Part shown: positions 10,007 to 19,402 of the stretch, one piece after another
Layout: every line of letters begins with the position of its first letter
Numbering within the stretch: the first letter of the stretch is position 1
Source of the DNA: Minisyncoccota bacterium
GTDB lineage: Bacteria > Patescibacteriota > Minisyncoccia > Phycocordibacterales > UBA5272
Direction of reading: 5' to 3'
DNA length: 64,000 nucleotides
NCBI GenBank assembly: GCA_041651055.1
Contig: JBAZJW010000001.1
Coordinates: forward strand, 472,506-536,505
Made by a program: the position numbers and the translations under genes
Notes under the pieces: generated by a model
Seen by the model: the letters and a program-made list of their open reading frames with translations, nothing else
The model's database searches: none
Told to the model about the DNA's origin: nothing

Positions 10007-10708
10007 TTATTTTTTATTACCGTAAACAATGTACAAAATTAAGCGATAATAAATCAATACATAGAAAAGGAAAGAAATAAAAGCAAGTATTGGTACAATT
10101 ATTGTGGCTTCTACGTAGAAGATAATACTAGGTTTAAAATTTATAATAGCAGATGATAAGTTTGTTACATCTTTTAAGTTTTGGTCATAGAAACTGATGC
10201 CGTGAAAATAACATTTTCTACTTTTATCTTCGTTAAATTGTTTTTTGATAACATCAGAAAATATGTCTAATGAAGTTGCTTGTGCTTTTTCGTAGCTTAA
10301 AGTTTTTAGATATGATGAGTATAATACTTTTGATATACCTTCTAAATATTTTTCTGGATTTTTAACACAAAAAGTTCCTTCTTCTATTTTACCTAAAGAA
10401 TATTCAGAAATATAATCTATACTACCGTCTACTAAAAGACCAAACTCTCCTTCTTGTTTAAAGAAAGTTGGAATAGTATTATTACTATCTTCTCCGTTGT
10501 AATTTTCTGTAAACTGGTAAAGTGTATTTTTGATAACGATATTATGTTTACTGAAAAAAGCTCTATCTGGGTAAAAGATAATACTTATATAGGAAGCAAT
10601 GGCTATAATTGAAAAAAGTGATATAAAAATTACTTTTATTAATCTATGCCACCAGTGTTTATTTAATTCTAAACTTTCACGAAATAACCAAGATTTTATT
10701 TTTTCCAT
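10007..10708 (-). CDS. Hypothetical membrane protein (N- and C-terminal TM), AT-rich
   Basis: 233-aa ORF, WWHRLIKV followed by a TM, and a C-terminal TM; TAAACT 6 nt before ATG. Confidence 0.7.
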   Translation of the reverse strand: MEKIKSWLFRESLELNKHWWHRLIKVIFISLFSIIAIASYISIIFYPDRAFFSKHNIVIKNTLYQFTENYNGEDSNNTIPTFFKQEGEFGLLVDGSIDYISEYSLGKIEEGTFCVKNPEKYLEGISKVLYSSYLKTLSYEKAQATSLDIFSDVIKKQFNEDKSRKCYFHGISFYDQNLKDVTNLSSAIINFKPSIIFYVEATIIVPILAFISFLFYVLIYYRLILYIVYGNKK

Positions 10709-10752
10709 AATTAAAGTTTACTCCTATTCATAAATAAAACTAGTCGATTAAA

Positions 10753-10935
10753 ACCCTTCGAGTACGGTGCGTCTCGTGGTGATTTTTAGGCGATAAGCCA
10801 AACCAACACATCCCTCGACCACTATGTGTCTCGGGATGATTTTCCGGCCAATGGTTCACACCGAAACAATTTACCCTTCGACCGCGATGCGTCTCAGGGT
10901 GATTTTCCGATAAGGGGCTCAAATCGGAAAATCAC
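10753..10935. repeat. Three degenerate ~60-bp tandem units with a REP-like hairpin core
   Basis: Units cccttcgagtacggtgcgtctcgtggtgatttt / ccctcgaccactatgtgtctcgggatgattttcc / cccttcgaccgcgatgcgtctcagggtgattttcc; the last ends in the hairpin gtgattttccgat...atcggaaaatcac at the argS stop. Confidence 0.8.
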
Positions 10936-12635
10936 ATCCTCTCTGGGGCGACAATGCCGAGAGTATATAATCCATGCGCCAAAATATTCTTCACCGCTTG
11001 TGAAAGCATTACGTAGTACGCACTCTTTTCTTTATCTTCTCCGACTATTTGCACGCGACTATACATGTTGTTGAATGCACGTGTGAGCAAAAGCAAATGC
11101 TGAACAATATGATGAGGCCCTAGTTCTTTATATGCTTTATCGAGCACTTGTGTGTACCCGATAATAACTTGCTCAAGCTCTCTTTCTGGTTTTTCTATGC
11201 TATAACTTTCTATTTCAATATCCGCTTCGATTGCTTTATCCAAAAGCGCACAGAGTCGAGCGTGAGTGTACTGAAGGTATGGACCAGAATCCCCTTCGAA
11301 TGAAATTGACTTTTCAAAATCAAAAACCATATCTTTCCCTGGCGCACCTTTCAAAATAGAAAACTTCACCGCACCGACAGCGATATCATTTATGAGCTGT
11401 GCTTTATCTTTTTCATCCACACGTAACTCTTCAATACGAGAAGCAATTTTCTCGGCCACTGCATCGAGCAAATCTTCTCCACCAATAACATTCCCTGTTC
11501 GAGACGACATCTTACCTGACTCGAGACGCATCATGCCGTGCGTGATGTGGACGAGCTTACCTGCAAGTTCTGGGTGCATCTTTTCTTCGACTTTGTTCAC
11601 TACCTTAAAATATTCTTTTTGCTCAACGGCAGTTACCGTCACATACTGATACGCGTCCGGAAGCAATGAAATTTTCTTTTCGTAATTTCCTATGTCTTTA
11701 GTTTCGTATGTCGGAAGGCCGACACTATTAATAAACACACGCGTATGAAGGCCGTCTTGTTCACCCTTGTATACAACAGCACCGTCTGACTCTTCAAAAA
11801 GACCCTTCTTCAAATATTCTTGTACAATAGCAAGCCCCGGTTCTGCAACTTCTGACTCAAAAACGAAAGCGTCGAATGTCGTACCAAGCTTAGCGTAAAG
11901 CTGATCAAAATATTCAAGCGACAACGCACGACCTTCTGCGTACACCTCCATAACTTTCGCATCGCTACCAGCATAAATCGCTTTGTTCACTTCTATGATT
12001 TCTGCTTTCGATGTTTCGTTTGTTTCAAATTCTCCATTTGCAAAAGCGTAACACATGCCAAGAAATGAAACCTTGTCTTTAAGTGATGCGTCACTCTTTG
12101 GCTTTTCACTTTCTTTTTTCATAACACCCCACACACCCATGGCGACATTCCGGCCGATGTCTGACGGATAACACACACGAGTCACCTCGTACCCACTTGC
12201 TTCATAAAGTCGCGCTGTCGCTTCACCAATGGTGTTGGCCATCAAGTGTCCAATATGAAAGACCTTGAAACAATTCGGATCAGTGTACTCTACGAGAACT
12301 TTTCCCTTACCTCTTACGTTTGTAATATCGCTAAGGGCAATGCTTTCTGCTTCATCGGTACGCACATCATCGTACAAGAAAAAGTTAATGAACCCCGGAC
12401 CTGCAACTTCTATTTTTTCCACCACCTCCGTAAGTGCTTCAGTTAATTCTGACACCAACCCATCTGCCACTTCCTTTGGTGATGCTCCGAGAGACTTCGA
12501 AAGAGCAAAGGCGATGTTCGTCGCATAGTCACCATGAAGGACATCTTCGGGTTGATCAAGAGAAAAACGAGAAGTAACCCCCTTCTCTTCCAAAAGCTGC
12601 ATGAGCACGTTATTGATAGTCTCGTAGGAATTCAT
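10932..12635 (-). CDS. argS: Arginyl-tRNA synthetase
   Basis: HGDYATN, AGPGFINF, VEYTDPN..K.FHIGH, KMSSRTG and GPYLQYTHAR. Confidence 0.97.
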   Translation of the reverse strand: MNSYETINNVLMQLLEEKGVTSRFSLDQPEDVLHGDYATNIAFALSKSLGASPKEVADGLVSELTEALTEVVEKIEVAGPGFINFFLYDDVRTDEAESIALSDITNVRGKGKVLVEYTDPNCFKVFHIGHLMANTIGEATARLYEASGYEVTRVCYPSDIGRNVAMGVWGVMKKESEKPKSDASLKDKVSFLGMCYAFANGEFETNETSKAEIIEVNKAIYAGSDAKVMEVYAEGRALSLEYFDQLYAKLGTTFDAFVFESEVAEPGLAIVQEYLKKGLFEESDGAVVYKGEQDGLHTRVFINSVGLPTYETKDIGNYEKKISLLPDAYQYVTVTAVEQKEYFKVVNKVEEKMHPELAGKLVHITHGMMRLESGKMSSRTGNVIGGEDLLDAVAEKIASRIEELRVDEKDKAQLINDIAVGAVKFSILKGAPGKDMVFDFEKSISFEGDSGPYLQYTHARLCALLDKAIEADIEIESYSIEKPERELEQVIIGYTQVLDKAYKELGPHHIVQHLLLLTRAFNNMYSRVQIVGEDKEKSAYYVMLSQAVKNILAHGLYTLGIVAPERM

Positions 12636-12695
12636 ATCTTTTCTCTTATACTAACGTGTTATCGACAAATAAAGAAATACGTAAAGCAGGCAACT

Positions 12696-13877
12696 TTATT
12701 TCACTGCACTTCGTAAAACCTCGTCGATTCTTTTTGCGATGACTTTCATATCTTTTTCTTTCTTTCCACGAGTGGTTTCTGCAGCAGTGCCCAATCTGAT
12801 ACCGGACGGATCCATCACACCACGTGGATCTTGAGGGATAGTATTCATGTTCACGATGATGCCGGCAGCCTCAAGAGCATCTGATGCCACTTTTCCTGAT
12901 ACACCCTTACCTTGTGCCCACGTGTCCACCAAGAGTAGGTGTGAGTCTGTTCCACCTGTGATAACTTTCCATCCACGAACTTCCAATTCTTTGGCGAGCG
13001 CTTGTGCATTCTTAACAACATTCTTTGCATACGTTTTGAATGCTGGAGCAGCAGCCTCACGAAGCGCTACCGCAACCGCAGCGATCTGATTATTGTGAGG
13101 CCCACCTTGAAGACCAGGAATAATTGTCTTGTCTATTTTCTTATCCATTTCTCGTTTATCCTTCTTTACAAAAATCATTGCCGAGCGTGGACCACGAAGT
13201 GTCTTGTGTACCGTAGTAGTCACAACATCAGCATACGGGAACGGTGACGGATACGCTTCTCCTGCGACGAGACCTGCGAAGTGTGACATATCCACCATGA
13301 GCAGTGAGCCAGATTTCTTAGCAATCGCTGCGAACTTCTTGAAATCAACAATACGTGGATACGCTGTGAAGCCGCACACAATAATGTCTGGTTTTTCTGT
13401 CACCGCGATTTTTTCTAACTCTTTGTAATTAAGCGTTTCGGTTGTTGCATCTACTTCATACGGAACTTGCTTCCAGATTTTTCCCGTCATTGATACTGAT
13501 TGTCCATGTGTAAGATGTCCTCCACTTGAAAGTTTGAGACCCATGATCTTACCGCCGAGAGGAACAAGTGCAGAATACACGGCGAGATTTGCTGGTGACC
13601 CCGAGAGAGGTTGTACGTTCACGTGCCACTTCTTTTGATCAAGTTTAAACAATGAAAGTGCACGCTCTTGGGCGAGTGATTCTACTTCATCAATAATTTC
13701 ATTTCCTCCGTAATAGCGCTTACCTGGATACCCTTCTGAATATTTATTCGTAAGCGATGAGCCGAGCGCAGTGAGAACATCATCAGAAACGTAGTTTTCT
13801 GAGGCGATTAAATTGATGACACTGTGCTGGCGCTTGTCTTCTGCTTTTAATAACTTTTCAATGGCTTTGTCTTTCAT
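12696..13877 (-). CDS. glyA: Serine hydroxymethyltransferase
   Basis: LIASEN, NKYSEGYPGKRYYGG, GGHLTHG and TTTVHKTLRGPR (PLP lysine). Confidence 0.98.
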   Translation of the reverse strand: MKDKAIEKLLKAEDKRQHSVINLIASENYVSDDVLTALGSSLTNKYSEGYPGKRYYGGNEIIDEVESLAQERALSLFKLDQKKWHVNVQPLSGSPANLAVYSALVPLGGKIMGLKLSSGGHLTHGQSVSMTGKIWKQVPYEVDATTETLNYKELEKIAVTEKPDIIVCGFTAYPRIVDFKKFAAIAKKSGSLLMVDMSHFAGLVAGEAYPSPFPYADVVTTTVHKTLRGPRSAMIFVKKDKREMDKKIDKTIIPGLQGGPHNNQIAAVAVALREAAAPAFKTYAKNVVKNAQALAKELEVRGWKVITGGTDSHLLLVDTWAQGKGVSGKVASDALEAAGIIVNMNTIPQDPRGVMDPSGIRLGTAAETTRGKKEKDMKVIAKRIDEVLRSAVK

Positions 13878-13941
13878 GATTGTGGTTTTTGGAAATTACT
13901 ACGCGAATATATCCTAAGAATACCATAAACGGAAATACTTA

Positions 13942-14514
13942 TCAGGGCACCAAAAACTCGTTTGCTTTCCTGATTTCCATGCACTCTTTTGCCCAGTTTT
14001 TGACTTCTTGCACATCTTCAAACTTTTTATACGTATCTGGCAAAAAAACTTTTCTAATTCCTGCCTTATTCATTTTCCCCCAACAACTGCCACAACACCA
14101 GTAATGCCCATACATGTACATATCAGCACCTCGCAAATCTACACCCAAATCAACAGCCTTTCTAATTAAATTAGATTCAGCATGAAAATCAGTATGACAC
14201 CCGATACATAAATCAAATTCTTCCCCCGGTTTAATTTTTTCACCACCGTTTTTTACCCTCTCTTGACTCACAAACCTTCTACGACAACCCTCGATGTGAC
14301 CCTCTGCGTGAATATTAGATTCATGATAACCATTACCATTACCTGATGCACATAGAATGTCTTTACCCTTAACTGCCAATATTCCGATTGGGTAAAGGGG
14401 TGTTAAAGAATACTTGGTAGCTGCTTCTTTTGCGGCCTGCATCAGGAAATCAGTCTCTGGAACAAAAGAGTATAAATTTATATCTTTGAATTTATTGTTT
14501 AGACTATTTTTCAT
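13942..14514 (-). CDS. Zn-dependent cytidine/dCMP deaminase-fold protein
   Basis: HAE and WCCGSC motifs, GIRKVF tail, extra Cys-containing insert. Confidence 0.85.
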   Translation of the reverse strand: MKNSLNNKFKDINLYSFVPETDFLMQAAKEAATKYSLTPLYPIGILAVKGKDILCASGNGNGYHESNIHAEGHIEGCRRRFVSQERVKNGGEKIKPGEEFDLCIGCHTDFHAESNLIRKAVDLGVDLRGADMYMYGHYWCCGSCWGKMNKAGIRKVFLPDTYKKFEDVQEVKNWAKECMEIRKANEFLVP

Positions 14515-14602
14515 TGGTTTTTAGAGGCTTCAATCCCTTTCATATTACGATCATTGTCAGAAATAACCTAAACTGTATACTGCAGTATACTAGATAAATA
14601 AA

Positions 14603-15145
14603 ATGAAAAATATATCATTCCCAATCACTCAAGTAATAAAAGCTGTCAATACTGCTAAAAATGAAGGAAGAAAAGTCGTTCTTACTTTAGGCTCTTGGGA
14701 TATGCTTCATGTTGGACACATGAGATATATAGAAGAAGCAAAGAAATTGGGCGACTTATTGGTTGTCGGAGTAGACTCTGACGCAAAAATAAAGGAGAGA
14801 AAAGGAAAAGATAGACCAATAGTAAAGCAGAAAGAGAGGGTCGAAATGCTTTCTCATTTACAACATATAGATTTGCTATTCATTTTGAGTGGTGAGGATA
14901 CCTCTATTTCTGTTACAGAGAAAATTAAGCCCAGCATACTGGTTCTTTCTAAGACATCTCAGAACAAAGATAATGAACTAAGGCTAAAAAAGAGCTGCGG
15001 CTCAATCGTTGTCTTGCCAGCGCAAGCAGAAACAAGCACAACAGCAAAAATAAGAAAACTTCACATAGATGGAATGAAGCGACTCTATAGCTCTATCAGT
15101 ATAGAGATAAATAATATTATTAAGAAAGAGGTAGAGAAAATGTAA
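14603..15145 (+). CDS. Cytidylyl/adenylyltransferase-like protein (RfaE domain II/TagD-like)
   Basis: GSWDMLHVGH (HxGH), LVVGVDSD, KGKDRP and STT motifs. Confidence 0.88.
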   Translation: MKNISFPITQVIKAVNTAKNEGRKVVLTLGSWDMLHVGHMRYIEEAKKLGDLLVVGVDSDAKIKERKGKDRPIVKQKERVEMLSHLQHIDLLFILSGEDTSISVTEKIKPSILVLSKTSQNKDNELRLKKSCGSIVVLPAQAETSTTAKIRKLHIDGMKRLYSSISIEINNIIKKEVEKM

Positions 15146-15610
15146 CTACTTTTTCTTCCAACCCAACGGAACGGAGAGAACTTCCCTGTTTTCTTTTTGT
15201 TCTTCTTGACTACTGTTGCCAACGATAATCTGGAAATGCAAATGACTCAAGGAACTACAAGTAAATCTAGAGTCTCCAAATCTTAAGAAAAGAGAAGCCC
15301 CTGGAATTTTTCTCTCCTCTACCACCCAGTCAATCATTTCCTTCAAATCAACCCAGCTGTCAATATCTATTTCTTCTACATTTGAAATATGTTTTTTGGG
15401 TATTATGAGAACATGGTGATTTGTTCCCGAGTACGGAAATGCGTTATCAGTCACCAGGAAGGTTTTATTTTGATGTAAAATGGGCAGCTTATGGATCTCC
15501 TTCAATCCTTTTTCGCAAAAAATACAAACTTTGTTTTCCTGTGACATTTGCATTCGAAGCCTTTGATTCTCTTCTCTGGCATTATTCATATTTATTAATT
15601 TTTCTTCCAT
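15146..15610 (-). CDS. HIT-family nucleotide hydrolase/transferase
   Basis: CIFC, NAFPY..HHVLIIPKKH and HLHFQ (HxHxQ variant). Confidence 0.88.
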   Translation of the reverse strand: MEEKLINMNNAREENQRLRMQMSQENKVCIFCEKGLKEIHKLPILHQNKTFLVTDNAFPYSGTNHHVLIIPKKHISNVEEIDIDSWVDLKEMIDWVVEERKIPGASLFLRFGDSRFTCSSLSHLHFQIIVGNSSQEEQKENREVLSVPLGWKKK

Positions 15611-15621
15611 ATTAAAAGCTG

Positions 15622-16491
15622 CTAGACAGCTGACGGGATTATCATTTTTGGATGACAAATATAGTCCACTAATTCAAAATCATCAAACCTATACTCTTTG
15701 ATATCTTTTTTTGTATTTTTTATTACTAATTCGGGAAAAACCCTAGAATCTCTCGCAAGTATTTCTTTTGCTTCTTCTAATTGATTTTCGTAAATATGCG
15801 CATCTCTCAAATAAAATATTAGACGCCTAGCCTTAAGACCAGTCACAGATTCTACCATTTTTAAAAGTGCGCAATACGATATCATGTCATTTGGGAAACC
15901 TAGCAGAACGTCCGCTGATCTGTGGTCAGAGATGAGATCCAAGTTTCCATTTATGACCCTAAAATGTAGGTTCCCATGGCACGGAGTAATAACTGACTTC
16001 TGTCTACCGCCGTAACCATTCATAAATGGTATCCAAGAAGTCACATAAATAGTCCTCCTGTTTCTTAATTTTTCATCTGATAACATTTCTATTGCATTTT
16101 TAATTTGGTCAAACCCTCCCTCACCATCAGGAAAAGCTGCAAAGGCTGGGCCATAAGACCCGCCCCCTAAGCACCCCCTCTTAGCTCCAGCCTTTTCACA
16201 CTTTTCATCAGAAATCCATGGATCCCAGAAAGGACCAGGGACGGAATACTTTTCTTTCATAATAGAAAAATCTTGTTCCCCATTTATGAAAGCGCACATT
16301 TCCCCAATCGCCCCTTTAATACCTAACTGCCTCTCGGTTATTATCGGTGTACCGTTTGATAAATCATATACAAGGGGGGCTGTCGTACCGAAGCAGGTTA
16401 AAGCGTCAATTTTTTGTGGAGTTGTTACTTTTTCACCGTTAGATAAAATAAACCTAATCAAATTTTTGTATTGTTCGTCGGGATGTTTCAT
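15622..16491 (-). CDS. Thymidylate synthase-superfamily enzyme with Asp at the dUMP-specificity Asn position (possible dCMP methyl/hydroxymethyltransferase)
   Basis: PCH catalytic Cys, RSADVLLGFPND and DAHIYENQ; canonical ThyA has GLPFN here. Confidence 0.9.
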   Translation of the reverse strand: MKHPDEQYKNLIRFILSNGEKVTTPQKIDALTCFGTTAPLVYDLSNGTPIITERQLGIKGAIGEMCAFINGEQDFSIMKEKYSVPGPFWDPWISDEKCEKAGAKRGCLGGGSYGPAFAAFPDGEGGFDQIKNAIEMLSDEKLRNRRTIYVTSWIPFMNGYGGRQKSVITPCHGNLHFRVINGNLDLISDHRSADVLLGFPNDMISYCALLKMVESVTGLKARRLIFYLRDAHIYENQLEEAKEILARDSRVFPELVIKNTKKDIKEYRFDDFELVDYICHPKMIIPSAV

Positions 16492-16533
16492 GTAAAAAAG
16501 TTTAGCTCACAAAATCAGCTAAGTACATATATT

Positions 16534-17208
16534 TTATTCTACAGTAAAGGTGTTATCCGTTCCGTAATATTCTGGCCAATGAGTGTTGTAATGCGCAAAC
16601 ATTCTTTCGAGACGACCTTGGGGCAGTTCTTCTGTTCCCATACGCTCCATAAAAGAAAGAAGACTCTCTTTTGTTTCTTGTACGAGAGCTTGATCATCGA
16701 CAACTTTCTCAAACTCAGCAAGGTATCCATACCCAGCATTTTTATCAAGACATACAGTAATGCCTTCTCCTTCATACTCTTCTCTTTGACGAGACCACTT
16801 GGCCTGATATTGTAACCCTGAGTCTAAAAGTATTTGATCTAGTTCGACAAGTGTCATTGGCATTTCTATTTCGAATTCCATTCGAGCAACACCATTTGAA
16901 CTGGAATCATCCCCCAAAGAAGCTTTTACAACGAGAAGCACTTTGTCGTTGGACTGACGTGTACGAATAGAAAAATTACTACCTTCTTTGATTGTTTTGA
17001 CAAAGAGATCTTTCTTTTCTTCTGGAACATACGGAAGAGTTGTCTCAAGAAACATTTCTAAATCGGAATACGTAAAGTAATGATTAAGTTGAGTGCTCCT
17101 TTTTGGAGAATCGATAACAAAACCGGCCCGTGCAAGATTTTGTATCAATGTATCTGCTTTATCTCTCGTTCCCAGAAGGCTCTTTATTTCAACTTCGTAC
17201 TGTGACAT
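16534..17208 (-). CDS. CYTH (triphosphate tunnel metalloenzyme) domain protein
   Basis: N-terminal EVEIK (ExExK), SIRTR, R.EFE, KWSRQREEY and LD...GY.AEFE. Confidence 0.85.
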   Translation of the reverse strand: MSQYEVEIKSLLGTRDKADTLIQNLARAGFVIDSPKRSTQLNHYFTYSDLEMFLETTLPYVPEEKKDLFVKTIKEGSNFSIRTRQSNDKVLLVVKASLGDDSSSNGVARMEFEIEMPMTLVELDQILLDSGLQYQAKWSRQREEYEGEGITVCLDKNAGYGYLAEFEKVVDDQALVQETKESLLSFMERMGTEELPQGRLERMFAHYNTHWPEYYGTDNTFTVE

Positions 17209-17267
17209 GGCTGTAAAATAGTATCTATACTTTAATAATATTGTTAGTATACTAAATAACAACATCC

Positions 17268-17759
17268 ATGTCTTCTTCAAGAATAAGCATAATTGCAGCA
17301 ATAGGAAAGAATCGAGAATTAGGTAAAAACAATACACTTTTGTGGAAAATACCTGATGATTTGAAGCGTTTCAAGGTTTTGACTTCTGGTCACCCTGTCG
17401 TTATGGGAAGAAAAACTTTTGAATCACTTGGCAGACCCCTCCCTAACAGGGTAAACATTGTTGTAACACGCAATGAAACCTGGAAACCAGAAGGTGTGAC
17501 TATTGTACATTCTCTTTCAGATGGGATTTCTTTGGCTCAACAGTTAGACAGTGTAGAGATTTTTATTCTTGGAGGAGGAGAGATCTACAGCGAAGCTCTT
17601 CCGCTCTCAAACAGACTATATCTCACTGTGATTAATGATGAAAAAGAAGCTGATACTTTTTTTCCTGAGTACAAGAATCTCTTCAATCTTACATCCGAAG
17701 AAAAGCATCATGACGCGCAACTTGGAATAGATTACTCATTTCAGATATTAGAAAAATAA
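17268..17759 (+). CDS. folA: Dihydrofolate reductase
   Basis: IAA..KNRELG, LLWKIPDDLKRFK, MGRKTFES, PLPNR, GGGEIY and ADTFFP. Confidence 0.97.
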   Translation: MSSSRISIIAAIGKNRELGKNNTLLWKIPDDLKRFKVLTSGHPVVMGRKTFESLGRPLPNRVNIVVTRNETWKPEGVTIVHSLSDGISLAQQLDSVEIFILGGGEIYSEALPLSNRLYLTVINDEKEADTFFPEYKNLFNLTSEEKHHDAQLGIDYSFQILEK

Positions 17760-17876
17760 AAAGCCCGTTCGAGAAATCGGTGCGAAGCGCACACGTTCTG
17801 CGAACGGTTCTTTAAAAACAAACCATCCGCCAGAAGCGGATAGTTTGTAAGAATTCTTTAAATTTTTCTTCGTGTG

Positions 17877-18287
17877 TTAGATAACTTTGATACCAGCAGA
17901 ACGCGCAGTACCTTCGATAATCTTCATCCCCTGTTCAATCGTATGAGCAGTAAGGTCCTTTAGCTTGAGCTCTGCAATTTCGCGGATTTTATCTTTTGAA
18001 ATTGTTCCTGCTCCCCCTTTACTGTTTCCTTTTGCAACGTTCGCTGACTTCATCACGAGTGATGTTGCTGTCGGAGTCTTGATAACGAAATCATAGGTAC
18101 GATCTTCGTACACATAGATTTTTACTGACATTCTTCCTTGCTGTCCTTGGGTTGCTGCGTTAAATTTATTAACGAAATCTCCAATCTGAACACCGGCCTG
18201 TCCGAGGGCAGGACCAAGTGGTGGAGCAGGAGTAGCTTTACCCGCTTCAATCTGAACCTTTACGTATTTTGTAATTTTCTTAGCCAT
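17877..18287 (-). CDS. rplK: 50S ribosomal protein L11
   Basis: [16 protein letters not shown] and [10 protein letters not shown]. Confidence 0.98.
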   Translation of the reverse strand: MAKKITKYVKVQIEAGKATPAPPLGPALGQAGVQIGDFVNKFNAATQGQQGRMSVKIYVYEDRTYDFVIKTPTATSLVMKSANVAKGNSKGGAGTISKDKIREIAELKLKDLTAHTIEQGMKIIEGTARSAGIKVI

Positions 18288-18350
18288 ATATATAAGTTGT
18301 GGTATTTTAGCACGTTTTTGTATTTTCTTCAACAGCACCCTCGCCTTCCC

Positions 18351-18478
18351 CTAAAAAGGTTTAGATTGTGCCAGGTTCTAGGCGTAAGCAAATTTTGTGA
18401 CCAAAATGTACGAATAGTACATTGCGGGAACAAAATTTGCTTACAACGACGAAGATGGCATGATATAAACCTTTTTAG
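18351..18478. repeat. Long imperfect palindrome of the AGGCG...GTAC-loop-GTAC...CAACG family
   Basis: Core tgaccaaaatgtacgaatagtacattgcgggaa is shared with 20344-20460. Confidence 0.8.
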
Positions 18479-19020
18479 ACTTTTTTGATTTGGAGGAAGT
18501 CTAGCTCAACCGGAGTCTCTCTTCCAAACATATTCACCAAGACCTTAAGCTTTCCTCGTGCCTTGTCAACTTCACTGACCTTTCCTTCAAAATCCTTAAA
18601 TGGACCTTCTATGATCGAAACAAGTTCTCCGACTGCGACAGTGATTTCATGTTCAACTTCTCCGTTATTCATACGACCAAAGAGGAAGTCAATCTCTTCT
18701 TGCTTTAGAGGTACGGGGGTTGTCCCTGCTCCTACGAATCCAGTTACACGGGGAGTATTACGAACAACGTACCAACTATTATCATCCACGATCATATCCA
18801 CAAGAATGTATCCTGGGTAAATCTTTTCCTCAACCTCGACACGCTTTGTTCCTTTTACTTTAATTTTCTTTTCAACGGGAACAACCACGGCAAAGATTTT
18901 GTTCTCCATACCGAGAGATTCGATACGTTGTTTCAAATTACGCTGTACAGCGTTCTCATATCCACTGTAGGTGTGAATGGCGTACCAATGACGCTCTCCT
19001 GTAAATTCTTGTTTGGCCAT
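18475..19020 (-). CDS. nusG: Transcription termination/antitermination factor NusG
   Basis: WYAIHTYSGYE, YPGYILV, VRNTPRVTGF and KOW motif GPFKDFEG...FGRETPVEL. Confidence 0.98.
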   Translation of the reverse strand: MAKQEFTGERHWYAIHTYSGYENAVQRNLKQRIESLGMENKIFAVVVPVEKKIKVKGTKRVEVEEKIYPGYILVDMIVDDNSWYVVRNTPRVTGFVGAGTTPVPLKQEEIDFLFGRMNNGEVEHEITVAVGELVSIIEGPFKDFEGKVSEVDKARGKLKVLVNMFGRETPVELDFLQIKKV

Positions 19021-19082
19021 AGGGGTAGTAATTAGTTAATAGTAATTAGTAATTCGTTAATACAAATACACGCGATGCAATA

Positions 19083-19265
19083 CTAGCGGACGAGAAGCTT
19101 TGTAAGCGCTTCACGGAGACCGAAGTCTGTTCCACCAAGCAACGCAGCCACTATCACAGAGAGCGCAATAACGGCTAACGTGTACGTAATAGTCTGTGTA
19201 GCACTTGGAAATGTTACTTCTTTGAGCTCCGCTTTTGTTTCTTTGAGGTATTGGAAAAGATTCAT
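19083..19265 (-). CDS. secE: Preprotein translocase subunit SecE
   Basis: ELKEVTFP followed by one TM; lies upstream of nusG. Confidence 0.93.
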   Translation of the reverse strand: MNLFQYLKETKAELKEVTFPSATQTITYTLAVIALSVIVAALLGGTDFGLREALTKLLVR

Positions 19266-19322
19266 AATAGTGTGATAAGACGTTTATTCTAAAAAACGCC
19301 CCCGTGGGCATTTATAGGTACA

Positions 19323-19351
19323 ATGATACCAAACCAATTGCCACTTGTCAA
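19323..19351 (-). promoter_or_regulatory. Sigma70-type promoter for secE-nusG
   Basis: TTGACA-N17-TATCAT on the minus strand. Confidence 0.7.
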
Positions 19352-19352
19352 T

Positions 19353-19385
19353 CAAAAAACCAGTCCCCTTATGGACTGGTTTTTG
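19353..19385 (-). terminator. Intrinsic terminator after the SIMPL gene
   Basis: caaaaaaccagtcc-cctta-tggactggtttttg region with A/T tails on both sides. Confidence 0.75.
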
Positions 19386-19402
19386 TTGCACGAGTGGTAA
19401 TT

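Noticed and set aside
10753-10935. Possible CRISPR array
   Set aside because: Only three degenerate units, the repeats are not identical, and no cas genes are in the window.
18351-18478. Ribosomal protein leader (L1-binding) upstream of rplK
   Set aside because: The same core recurs at 20344-20460 next to unrelated genes, so it is a dispersed repeat.
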